From Candidatus Micrarchaeota archaeon (GTDB lineage: Archaea > Micrarchaeota > Micrarchaeia > Burarchaeales > Fermentimicrarchaeaceae), in the NCBI GenBank assembly GCA_013425335.1, contig JACCLG010000050.1, forward strand, positions 17,532-81,531: a stretch of 64,000 nt of DNA, read 5' to 3'. Both the position numbers and the translations under genes were made by a program. The first letter of the stretch is position 1, and each line of letters begins with the position of its first letter. This document shows, one piece after another, positions 20,489 to 28,940 of the stretch. Below the pieces are notes generated by a model. It saw only the letters and a program-made list of their open reading frames with translations, did no database searches and had not been told where the DNA came from.

Positions 20489-20782
20489 ATGGAATATGTG
20501 TATGCGGCTCTGTTGCTGCATGCTGCAAAGCAGCCAGTGAATGAAGAGAATGTCGCCAAGGTACTTGGCTCATCTGGCATGCAGGTTGACCAGGCCAGAG
20601 TGAAGGCTCTTGTGTCCTCTCTGCAGGGAGTGAACATAGAAGAGGCAATAAAGCAGGCAGCAATGCCAGTTGCGGCTCCGGCTCAGGCAGCAGCGCCAGC
20701 AGCAAAGGCAGAAGAGAAGAAAGAGGAGAAGAAACCAACAGCGGAGGAAGCTGCGGCAGGACTGTCGGCTCTATTCGGTTGA
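20489..20782 (+). CDS. rpl12: 50S ribosomal protein L12 (P1)
   Basis: [11 protein letters not shown]...[10 protein letters not shown]. Confidence 0.97.
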   Translation: MEYVYAALLLHAAKQPVNEENVAKVLGSSGMQVDQARVKALVSSLQGVNIEEAIKQAAMPVAAPAQAAAPAAKAEEKKEEKKPTAEEAAAGLSALFG

Positions 20783-20796
20783 TTTTTAAAAAGGGT

Positions 20797-20834
20797 TGGG
20801 AGATGCCAGCGAGTTTCCTTAGCCGGCAGCTCCC
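20797..20834. terminator. GC-rich hairpin downstream of rpl12
   Basis: GGGAGATGCCAGC...GCCGGCAGCTCCC inverted repeat between convergent transcription units. Confidence 0.45.
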
Positions 20835-20889
20835 ATAAGGGGCAATCAGAACCCCAGGTCCGGCCATTCCTCCTTTCCACCATGCCTAC

Positions 20890-21055
20890 GTGGCATGCTC
20901 CCACCCCTAAGGGTCTAGCTTCCTGCTTCATAGACGTTGCTTCTGCAACATCTCTCTCCTTCTGCAAGGAATTGCAGGCGTTACTTCCCCCTTGCCCAGG
21001 GGTAGCTCTCATGAGTATGCTTTTACCCCACCTCTGAAGACTGTGGGGTTTCTCG
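20890..21055 (-). mobile_element. Non-autonomous IS200/IS605-type mini-element with TnpB omega-RNA-like scaffold; no tnpA or tnpB
   Basis: Minus strand: left hairpin AAACCCCAC-N11-GTGGGGT, then AACGCCTGC...ATGAAGCAGGAAGC (CCTGC/GCAGG stem), then right hairpin CCCTTAGGGG and GGGAGCATGCCAC, resembling archaeal tnpB right ends. Confidence 0.65.
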
Positions 21056-21061
21056 ATCGCT

Positions 21062-21187
21062 TCAGCTAACGTCAAGTACCAGCCTATCCCCTATCCTTTG
21101 TATCACGGTGGAAACATTACTCATCTTGAGCCTCTCAGCGAGAGCCTCTACTTCATTCAAGGTCAGTTGCGCGATGTCAATTTTCAT
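21062..21187 (-). CDS. 41-aa micro-protein (paralog of 58168-58341)
   Basis: GAGGTGA RBS and TATA upstream; MKIDIAQLTLNEVEALAERL aligns with MKMDITKLKDEEIDQLISFL. Confidence 0.7.
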   Translation of the reverse strand: MKIDIAQLTLNEVEALAERLKMSNVSTVIQRIGDRLVLDVS

Positions 21188-21267
21188 CTCAATCACCTCT
21201 TTACTGCTAAGAGCTGGTTTTCCGGGGTATTTAAATAGGCGGAAGGGGGGTAGCTTTCCAGTGATCA
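21174..21267 (-). repeat. 94-bp dispersed repeat, copy 1 (upstream element, TATA, RBS, first codons)
   Basis: 3 mismatches against 58328-58421. Confidence 0.95.
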
Positions 21268-21337
21268 TAACGACGTGGCTTCGAGGTGATTACTAAACAA
21301 AAACAAGCTTAAATATCAGAAAAGGAATAATTTAGAC

Positions 21338-22207
21338 ATGGCTGAAAACGTCAAAATTATAGGAAAGCAGAACTCGGAAGAAAAAGCACCAGAAAAAGAG
21401 CACTTCCAGCATATCAAGGAGCTTATCCACCACCTGCATAGAAAGAAATTTGTCGAACCCAGCTCAGTGGAGGAGGTACTGAGATGGATAGATAATGACT
21501 GGAAAAGCGGGGCGCTGAAGAAATTTGCTGATGAACATGAAAAGGATAAGGAAAAATTCATAAAGAAGTTTAAGGCGAATGAAAAGCTTACTGCGGAGAT
21601 GAAAAGTATAATGGAGAAAGTGGGCAAGGGCGTTCTGAGCGAAGATGAGATAAAAGAGGTTAAGGAGAGATTCGGAGGGGCAAAATACTCATGGAGCCGT
21701 TACTCCGTGGCTCCCGTTATAGCCGCCCAGCAAAGAGCAAGCCATATCGAAATAATTAGAACCGTCCCCTTACTGGATGGAGCCATGCGTTACGGTGAAG
21801 AAATCCATGAGTCTGCCCACTATATACAGCTCTTTATAACGGAAAAGCAGCTTGAGCGCGGAGACATCAAGGACCCAATACTAAAAAAACTTCATGGTTA
21901 CCTGCATGAAAAATACGATACTGAGACAATTGAGACCGTAGAGCGTATCTATCTTGGCAGGAGATATGAGGAAACAATAGCCAACGCCCTTAGTTATAGT
22001 ATGTTACACTCAAGAGACACATCCAACGCTTCTCGTGATCTCAATGTAATAATTGAGTTCAGGCTAATCGGGCGGGATATCCGGGATTTGGGACATCTTG
22101 CCAAGGATAACCCCAAGAAATTCAGAGAGCTCCTAGAAAACCCGTCATGGTGGGTGGAAGCTGGCAGCGTTGAAAGCCTTGTGGAGAAGCTAAAACGGAG
22201 TGAGTAA
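21338..22207 (+). CDS. Hypothetical protein with zincin-like HExxH motif
   Basis: EIHESAHYIQ plus downstream EETIA. Confidence 0.65.
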   Translation: MAENVKIIGKQNSEEKAPEKEHFQHIKELIHHLHRKKFVEPSSVEEVLRWIDNDWKSGALKKFADEHEKDKEKFIKKFKANEKLTAEMKSIMEKVGKGVLSEDEIKEVKERFGGAKYSWSRYSVAPVIAAQQRASHIEIIRTVPLLDGAMRYGEEIHESAHYIQLFITEKQLERGDIKDPILKKLHGYLHEKYDTETIETVERIYLGRRYEETIANALSYSMLHSRDTSNASRDLNVIIEFRLIGRDIRDLGHLAKDNPKKFRELLENPSWWVEAGSVESLVEKLKRSE

Positions 22208-22291
22208 TCAAATGTAACCATGGTTACATACTGCACGGCTTTGTTTATGAGGCACGTAATAGGCAACCAGTACTCCAAAGTTCGAGGTGGG

Positions 22292-23131
22292 TTACTCCCC
22301 CAGCAAAAGCCTCAGGCTGACATCCACTGCCTTCACAGAATGCGTCAGGCAGCCCATGGATATGTAATCAACATCATGCTTTGCATACTCCTCTATGTTG
22401 TCAAGGGTTATCCCGCCGGAAACCTCCACAATAATTTTCTCCCTCAGCCCGCTGTCCTTAAGCATCTTGGAAGCCTTGTTAATCTCGTCATGGGGCATGT
22501 TGTCGAACATCACCACATCAGCTCCGTTTTTCGCGGCTTCAAGCGCATCGTTTGCGTTGTTCACCTCTATGCATATCCTCTTTGTGAAGCTCGCATGCGC
22601 CTTTGCCCTTGAGAGGCATTCCTCAACGCTGCCGACAACCCTCAGGTGGTTCCTCTTTATGAGAACCTCGTCGTCAAGCCTCCACCTCTCCGGGTCTCCT
22701 CCTCCAATTTCCACTGACTTCTTGTCAAGGTAACCCAGCACCGTCTTCCTGGTGCATGTTATCTTCACCTTGGGGTTGACTTTCGTTGCAATTCTCACCG
22801 CATTGTTCGTCATTGTGGCTATGCCGCTCATCCTCTGGATTATGTTCAAAGCAGTCCTCTCGGCCTCAAACAATCTTCTGCTGTTCCCGCTCACTTCAAG
22901 AAGCACATTCCCCTCCTTCATCTGAGTTCCCTCCTTCATTATTTCTTTTACAGTGAGCATATTGCTTTTGAGTATATGAGCAGCCTCCTCCACTCCTGCG
23001 CATATCCCCTCCTCGCCTGCCACAATCTCTGCGCGCAGCTCCATGTTCTTTGGTATCACTGCTGCAGTTGTAATATCCCTGAAGCCTATATCTTCCCTCA
23101 TTATCTCAAGAATTATCTCTCTCCATCCCAT
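22292..23131 (-). CDS. nadC: Nicotinate-nucleotide pyrophosphorylase (quinolinate phosphoribosyltransferase)
   Basis: EDIGFRDITT, ERTALN...SGIAT, TRKT, EVSGGITLDN. Confidence 0.93.
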   Translation of the reverse strand: MGWREIILEIMREDIGFRDITTAAVIPKNMELRAEIVAGEEGICAGVEEAAHILKSNMLTVKEIMKEGTQMKEGNVLLEVSGNSRRLFEAERTALNIIQRMSGIATMTNNAVRIATKVNPKVKITCTRKTVLGYLDKKSVEIGGGDPERWRLDDEVLIKRNHLRVVGSVEECLSRAKAHASFTKRICIEVNNANDALEAAKNGADVVMFDNMPHDEINKASKMLKDSGLREKIIVEVSGGITLDNIEEYAKHDVDYISMGCLTHSVKAVDVSLRLLLGE

Positions 23132-23261
23132 GAGACCACCTAAGCTATTGTTGCATGGAGCTATTTAAAATTAGTGCCCAAGAGGAACATCCCTCGGATA
23201 TCTCCTAACAAAAACCTAGCCATTTAAATAACTGAATTCTTAAGTAGTTCAAGGTGATAAA

Positions 23262-24110
23262 ATGGCTGAAAAAACTGACAACTCAATGCTTATCGTAGGA
23301 ATACTGATTCTGGTGCTTCTCACGGCAGGTTTAACCTACTACATAACCAAGACTACGGCGGTTCTTCCGCCATCCAGCCAGACAAACACTACCAGCAAAC
23401 CCACAATTACCGTGAGCGGTGAGGCGACAAGAACTGTAACTCCGGATGTGCTCTCAATCGGGTTTACCATACAAACCTCCGCAGTGAATACCTCGGATTC
23501 GGAGGCGCTGAATGCTGCGGAGACTGCAAAGGTAAAAGCAGCGTTGCTTGAAGCCGGCTTGAATAAATCCGAAATTCACACGCAGTCATATTCCACGTAT
23601 CCCATCTACAACCAATCCTGCTACAGTTGCTATGGCGTGGAGGCCGTAAAAGATTATTCTGGTATGGCTTCTTCTATATCGTCATATCCTCCTTGCGGGT
23701 ATACAAACTGCACAGTTGTCGGTTACCAGACCACCCACTCAATACTTATAACGAGCGGCAATACGAATGAGGGAGGGAAATACATAGATGCTGCCCTCAC
23801 TTCCTCCAACTCCACTACTGTGGGCTACGTCTACTTCTCGCTGAAAGACCAGACAAGAATCCAGATAGAGTCTGCGCTGCAGGCTGAGGCCGCAGCGAGC
23901 GCCAAAACCAAGGCAGGCAACGTAGCAAGCGGGCTCGGTGCAACCCTTGGGAAGATTGTTTCAGTGAACCCAAGCTATTACCCATTCTACCCGGTATACG
24001 CCTACCAGAACAGCGCGGGAAGCACCAAAGAAGCACCGCCGACAGAGATATTCCCGACATCTACAACTTTGAGCAGCTCTATTACAATAGTTTATGAGCT
24101 CGTGCAGTAG
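23262..24110 (+). CDS. SIMPL (DUF541) domain protein
   Basis: TITVSGEA...V.PD, A..KA..A..LG..LGKIVSV; N-terminal TM. Confidence 0.85.
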   Translation: MAEKTDNSMLIVGILILVLLTAGLTYYITKTTAVLPPSSQTNTTSKPTITVSGEATRTVTPDVLSIGFTIQTSAVNTSDSEALNAAETAKVKAALLEAGLNKSEIHTQSYSTYPIYNQSCYSCYGVEAVKDYSGMASSISSYPPCGYTNCTVVGYQTTHSILITSGNTNEGGKYIDAALTSSNSTTVGYVYFSLKDQTRIQIESALQAEAAASAKTKAGNVASGLGATLGKIVSVNPSYYPFYPVYAYQNSAGSTKEAPPTEIFPTSTTLSSSITIVYELVQ

Positions 24111-24112
24111 AG

Positions 24113-25033
24113 CTACTTCCCAGAAGATTTGCTGGAGACTTCCAGCATCCTATCCAGAGCAACCCTGGCCCTTTTGATGATATTCTCATCTATCTCAACA
24201 GGGTAAACCTCCTCCTGGATAGACCTCAAAACAGCAGGAAGGGTATTCTTCTTCTGCTGTATGCATGTTGCAACAATCGCATAGAACCTCTTGTCAGGCA
24301 GCTCCAGCTTCAGCCTTTCAACCATCCCATGTTCTGTAATGATTATGAACTCTTCCGCCTCATCCTCTCTTGCGTAGTACAGCATCTGGCTCGTGCTGCA
24401 AACATAATCCGCCAGTCCAATAACATCCAGAGGGCATTCGGGATGCACCAGCACCTTCGCCTCAGGATGCAGGTTCTTCGCCTCCTTCACCTGAGCAGCG
24501 GTAATCTTCGAATGGACATAGCAGAACCCCTTCCACGGGATTATTTTTTTGCTGCTCTTGCTCTGAACATACTTGGCAAGGTTCTCATCAGGGACAAAAA
24601 TTATCTCTTTTTCCGGCAGTGAGTTGACAACTTGAACACAGTTGGAAGACGTGCAACAGATGTCCGACTCAGCTTTTGTCTCGGCAGATGTGTTGACGTA
24701 GGAAACAACCGCTGCATTGGGATGCTTTTTTTTCAAATCCAGCAGCTCATTCCTAGTAACCATCCCGGCCATGGGGCACTGCGCATCTCTTACAGGAATC
24801 AGCACTTTCTTGTCCGGGCTGAGTATCTTTGCGGACTCAGCCATGAAATCCACTCCGCAGAACACTATCATGTCTGCATCTGTCTTGGCAGCCTCCTTGC
24901 TCAGCTCCAGAGAATCTCCGATGAAGTCGGCCACTTGGTATATTTCAGGCCTCTGGTAGTTGTGGGCAAGCATAATGGCGTTCTTCTCTTTCTTCAGCCT
25001 GTTGATTTTGTTGATTAATGCCTCATCGCTCAT
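24113..25033 (-). CDS. nadA: Quinolinate synthase
   Basis: AHNYQ, GDSLELS, FCGVDFMAE, YVNT, CTSSN, HPEC. Confidence 0.96.
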   Translation of the reverse strand: MSDEALINKINRLKKEKNAIMLAHNYQRPEIYQVADFIGDSLELSKEAAKTDADMIVFCGVDFMAESAKILSPDKKVLIPVRDAQCPMAGMVTRNELLDLKKKHPNAAVVSYVNTSAETKAESDICCTSSNCVQVVNSLPEKEIIFVPDENLAKYVQSKSSKKIIPWKGFCYVHSKITAAQVKEAKNLHPEAKVLVHPECPLDVIGLADYVCSTSQMLYYAREDEAEEFIIITEHGMVERLKLELPDKRFYAIVATCIQQKKNTLPAVLRSIQEEVYPVEIDENIIKRARVALDRMLEVSSKSSGK

Positions 25034-25075
25034 GTCCCCACCTGAATTGTCTGAATGCTTCGGCTTGATAACTAT

Positions 25076-25777
25076 TTAAGCCTCGTATCTGACCGTGAAA
25101 GTTCCGGTTGTCGTTTTTGTTAAGTTTGTATCCATTTCGGTGTATCTCACATATATCCGTCCAGTATACGGCGCTCCAATAATCTTTGTATCTGACGGCA
25201 GATTCCCGTTTGCATCAGTGCATGTCACATTGTTAATTCCATCTGTAGCGCTAGTTGGATCCGCTATGAACGCAAAGCTTCCTGAAGGTATTGTCACATT
25301 TGTTGTAGCTGAACCTCCAATTGCATCATAGGAGATGTAGGAGCTACTTGCATAGGACTGGGAAACGTTCTGTGTGCATGAAACACCTGTCACAACTATT
25401 GTCTTCCCAGTTCCTTGCCTTATGTTTAGACTGAGCTTACCTGTATTTGCCCAGAGCTTGACTTCGTAGCACGAGATACCCGCAGGGAATTCGCACTGTA
25501 ACGGTATTGGCGGGCAGAGCATTCCTGTGGTGAACAGCATAGTGAATGTTATAACTAAGAGAAGCACTGCATCAAGCAAATGGGGAGACTTGAGCCCTAT
25601 TATAATGAGAAAGATTATGACTGCTAAGACAAATAAAGGAAAATGCCACGGAGTGCATATAGAAACCCACGTGCAGTAGATAACTACGAAAAAAATTAAT
25701 GTGAATACTATCTGTAGAATCCAAAGTAAATTTTTATTATCCTTCTTTTGAGCAACAACTTCGCTCTTCCTAGCCAT
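25076..25777 (-). CDS. Membrane-anchored protein with DPANN pilin-like globular domain
   Basis: Three N-terminal TMs followed by CEFPAGISC...L.IRQGTG..I.V.G..C...YTG.I...YT. Confidence 0.65.
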   Translation of the reverse strand: MARKSEVVAQKKDNKNLLWILQIVFTLIFFVVIYCTWVSICTPWHFPLFVLAVIIFLIIIGLKSPHLLDAVLLLVITFTMLFTTGMLCPPIPLQCEFPAGISCYEVKLWANTGKLSLNIRQGTGKTIVVTGVSCTQNVSQSYASSSYISYDAIGGSATTNVTIPSGSFAFIADPTSATDGINNVTCTDANGNLPSDTKIIGAPYTGRIYVRYTEMDTNLTKTTTGTFTVRYEA

Positions 25778-25847
25778 TTTACCACCGGTAGGATATTCTT
25801 TTCGGTATTTAAAAATAGCAGTCATCCTGCCAGTCATTTCGCCAGCT

Positions 25848-26651
25848 TTATGTCCCTATCTGGATTGATTCGGTAATCTTTTTCAAAGTTGCTACTGCGG
25901 ACAGTGCAGCCAAATAGCTTGTCTTGGGGTTGTCCGGGCTCGGAACATTCTCCGTCCTGACCTTCAGCACACCGAATCTGCCCTCTGCAGTGATCTCATG
26001 AATGTTGGACTTTATATTCGGGTCGGCAATTATCTGCACCCTTGTCCTCTTGGGGCCTATCCCCGCCAGGCTGAGGGATGCTGCAACGTTAATATTGGAA
26101 GGGAACAGCTTGACAGCTTCCTCCGCAGAGCCTTCGTATACTACTGTCGGCTTTTTGATTTCACTCAGATTCATAGGATGTTTTTCGAAGAATGGGGCGC
26201 CTTCCAGCGACTTGGGAGGCTTTGTTGTCTTTATCATCACCCTCTCTATTTCATCCCTCGCGGATTTTATGCCGTCCAGGCCGGCGATGGCGCCGGATGG
26301 CAGGTAGACTTTCAGGCTGTTCTTTTCTGCGAGCCCTCTAATCTCCTGAAGCAATTTGTCATCAACCAAGGCGCCTGTGCTCATTATCATGACATTCTTT
26401 TTTGCTTTCAGGGCTTTCGGTATGAGGGTCCTGGCTGCTTCCTGCGAGGCAGCCTCCAGCACCAAATCCAGCTCCTGCTTCAGCAGCTCGTCAAACTCCA
26501 TGTATTGCGTATGGAATTTCCCTGCAAACTCCTCAGCCTTTTTCTTATCCATATCGTAAACGCACTTCAGCTCTGCCTTTATTCTTTTTTCAGCTATATT
26601 TCTAGCAATAACGGTGCCAATAGCTCCACAGCCTATCAAACCAATCCTCAT
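25848..26651 (-). CDS. nadX: L-aspartate dehydrogenase
   Basis: IGCGAIG, EAAS, PSGAIAGLD, NINVAA, NPKTSYLAALS. Confidence 0.95.
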   Translation of the reverse strand: MRIGLIGCGAIGTVIARNIAEKRIKAELKCVYDMDKKKAEEFAGKFHTQYMEFDELLKQELDLVLEAASQEAARTLIPKALKAKKNVMIMSTGALVDDKLLQEIRGLAEKNSLKVYLPSGAIAGLDGIKSARDEIERVMIKTTKPPKSLEGAPFFEKHPMNLSEIKKPTVVYEGSAEEAVKLFPSNINVAASLSLAGIGPKRTRVQIIADPNIKSNIHEITAEGRFGVLKVRTENVPSPDNPKTSYLAALSAVATLKKITESIQIGT

Positions 26652-26753
26652 CTAATCACTAAAACAATGTTCTTCATCCGCAAGGGTTCGCCTTTCCCCT
26701 GCTTCAGCTCTCGCATAGTTTAATAACCATAAATAATTATAAATTATCCTCAC

Positions 26754-26838
26754 GGGCCGGTAGATCAATGGTAGATCGCTACCTTCGCATCTTCCGCGGA
26801 AAAGGTAGAGGCTGCGGGTTCGAATCCCGCCCGGTCCA
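26754..26838 (+). tRNA. tRNA-Ala(CGC) with a 13-nt intron at 37/38 (26790-26802)
   Basis: Full cloverleaf: GGGCCGG/CCGGTCC acceptor with G3:U70, D arm GATC/GATC, anticodon stem CTACC/GGTAG, T loop GTTCGAATC; intron forms a BHB-like structure. Confidence 0.93.
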
Positions 26839-26899
26839 TCTCATCATCCCCTTCATCAAAACCAGCATCAAATTCAGTATGGGCAGTTGAATTCCTTTA

Positions 26900-27160
26900 T
26901 TATGGAGGACACAAAGGTCCAAGATAAAATACCACTCCAAATAGGGCAATTGCCAGAAGCGCCAACGGAACAGAATTCAGAATCAGAGCAATAGCTACAA
27001 GGATTATCAATGAAGGGATAAGAGACATGCCAAGTGCTCGGTTGCACAAAATACCTATATTTAAGCTAAGTAGGAGGAAGAAAAACACATACAGCAGTTT
27101 CAACCCATTGCGAAAGCTTTCATTGCCCTTCTTCTTGACTTCTCCTTTATTGCCTGCCAT
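26900..27160 (-). CDS. Small three-TM membrane protein
   Basis: 86 aa, hydrophobic, ends GPLCPP like the anchor part of 25076-25777. Confidence 0.65.
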   Translation of the reverse strand: MAGNKGEVKKKGNESFRNGLKLLYVFFFLLLSLNIGILCNRALGMSLIPSLIILVAIALILNSVPLALLAIALFGVVFYLGPLCPP

Positions 27161-27343
27161 TCTACCACCCTACCAAACATTGTTGTTTTTATATATATTA
27201 ATTGCTTTGTATAAAAAACGATTGGGGGTGGTACGTATGAATAAGGGGGTTCGAATCCAAGGGGAGAGTAGAGGGAACCGAGAGGTTCTTCTTTTGGGCT
27301 TATGCTTAAATATCAAAGATGAGCAATTTAAGTGGTGATGTTT

Positions 27344-27850
27344 ATGCCGGAAACCGATATGGGGCCAAACACTTCTGAAACTATTAAGGGAGGACCTATT
27401 GCAATGAAAAGGATGGAATCGGGTCCTGCTTTCGGTAAAATCGCAATGCGCAAGCTGGATGACTGGAGGCTCCTGGGTCACGGGAGCTGGGAAGGAGTTG
27501 GACAGGCAGTGGTGGAAATATCCTACGGAAGGGACCACAGCGACATACACGAGCCAGTTGAGAAGGGAACAATACACGTTAATCTTTACAGGGAGCACAA
27601 GGAAATCAAGGACCAGGGCTGGGAGACGGTCTGCCATGTCACTTTCAGGAGGGAGGGCCTGCTGAAGCGCTGGAACTTTGACAAGGTCCTAGAGCAGGAG
27701 AGCGGCCTTATAGTCAATAACGCTGTGAAGGATGAGTGGGAGAAGGCCTTCAGGGGGCTTATGAAGAGCAGGGAGGCAAAGGACTGGCTGAAATACCTTG
27801 AGGAGCATTACGACAAGATGAAGGAATTCAAGGTGTATAAACTCCCCTGA
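27344..27850 (+). CDS. Hypothetical protein
   Basis: ORF with GGTGA RBS, TATA and host-like codon usage. Confidence 0.7.
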   Translation: MPETDMGPNTSETIKGGPIAMKRMESGPAFGKIAMRKLDDWRLLGHGSWEGVGQAVVEISYGRDHSDIHEPVEKGTIHVNLYREHKEIKDQGWETVCHVTFRREGLLKRWNFDKVLEQESGLIVNNAVKDEWEKAFRGLMKSREAKDWLKYLEEHYDKMKEFKVYKLP

Positions 27851-27935
27851 TTTGCTACTTGCGCAGGGAGGTTAGAAGGGACCGCCAGGTCCCTCTCTTG
27901 AAGGTTTAAATAGCAAAAGAGGCCTAATTTAGGGT

Positions 27936-28940
27936 ATGGAAAGATACAAGTTGCATGCTCCTTATGTAAACGCAAGGCCAATCGAACTGGAAATCACGGA
28001 GATGCAGGAAAGAAGGCAGGCAAGGGAAATTGCCGATTTGCTGGAACCGCTTCAGCTTGACAAAAACTCGCTGATTCTCAGAAAAGGGGCAAAGGCATGC
28101 GCGATTCCTCTGGAAGCAGCCAAGCAGCTCGGGGAGCTGGGAAACAGGGGGTTGTACCTTGGCGGAGCCGGGCCCTACGAGCTGAGAACCCTCGGAGTTG
28201 GGGATGCCCTCAACAGGAACGTCACTTGCGTCAGGGAGTTCGTCCTGCCTAATTCTGCCAATATACTGACCATCGGGGAATTTAAGAACATTGCAGTCGG
28301 CAGGGAGCAGAAGGCGCCATCAGTGCTCGACAAGTTTCTTGACGATGAAAGAGTATACAGAAGGACAATGATTGAGCTTGTGAAGGACATAGTTGACAAG
28401 GGAAAGAAGGAGGACATTGAGCTGCTCAACGAGTACAGGGGCAGATTCCGGGAGATATTCGGCGCCGTCACATTCCAAGATCTCACGGAAAGCCACTGGG
28501 AGATGATATCAAACCCTTACGTAGTAGCATACACCAAATATTACCTTGACAGGGTGAGGAGCAAACCGGGAGGCATCGTTGCCGACTTCCACATCCACCC
28601 AGGCTTGGAGAAAACCGCTCCCTCAAGGACGGACGCGTGGATTTTCGCAGGGCCCAGTCAGTTCTGCGAGTGGTCCGGCATCCTGCATGTGGACAGGCGC
28701 GAGCTGTGGGGGTCTTTCAGGCTGGATTTGAACAGCCTTTCCGCCTACTACTCAGACATGGAGGATGCGGAGTGGCTCCGCCATGCGGTTTCAGAGCTGA
28801 GCAAGGCATCGCTGCACAGCAGGGCTCTGACATATTTTGAGCTTCTTCTTTCGGGGAAAACAAAAATCGTGCGGGATTTCATGAAAACGCATTCCGCGGA
28901 TGTAATGACATACGGGCAGCTGGTTGAGAAGGCAGAATAG
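27936..28940 (+). CDS. Protein with JAB/MPN (JAMM)-like metal-binding motif
   Basis: DFHIHP-x6-PSRTD resembles the JAMM HxH...SxxD motif. Confidence 0.6.
   Translation: MERYKLHAPYVNARPIELEITEMQERRQAREIADLLEPLQLDKNSLILRKGAKACAIPLEAAKQLGELGNRGLYLGGAGPYELRTLGVGDALNRNVTCVREFVLPNSANILTIGEFKNIAVGREQKAPSVLDKFLDDERVYRRTMIELVKDIVDKGKKEDIELLNEYRGRFREIFGAVTFQDLTESHWEMISNPYVVAYTKYYLDRVRSKPGGIVADFHIHPGLEKTAPSRTDAWIFAGPSQFCEWSGILHVDRRELWGSFRLDLNSLSAYYSDMEDAEWLRHAVSELSKASLHSRALTYFELLLSGKTKIVRDFMKTHSADVMTYGQLVEKAE

Noticed and set aside
20790-21060. Possible SRP RNA or RNase P RNA
   Set aside because: Lacks the SRP helix-8 GGAA loop with AGCA and the RNase P GAGGAAAGTCC-type motifs; tnpB right-end motifs fit better.
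20487-21075. ORFs 20487-20867 and 20683-21075 on the minus strand
   Set aside because: They overlap rpl12 antisense and structured non-coding DNA; composition is not protein-like.
27245-27258. GGGGGTTCGAATCC, resembling a tRNA T-loop or att remnant
   Set aside because: Only 2 bp of T-stem, no acceptor stem, and the flanks do not match the tRNA-Ala 3' end.
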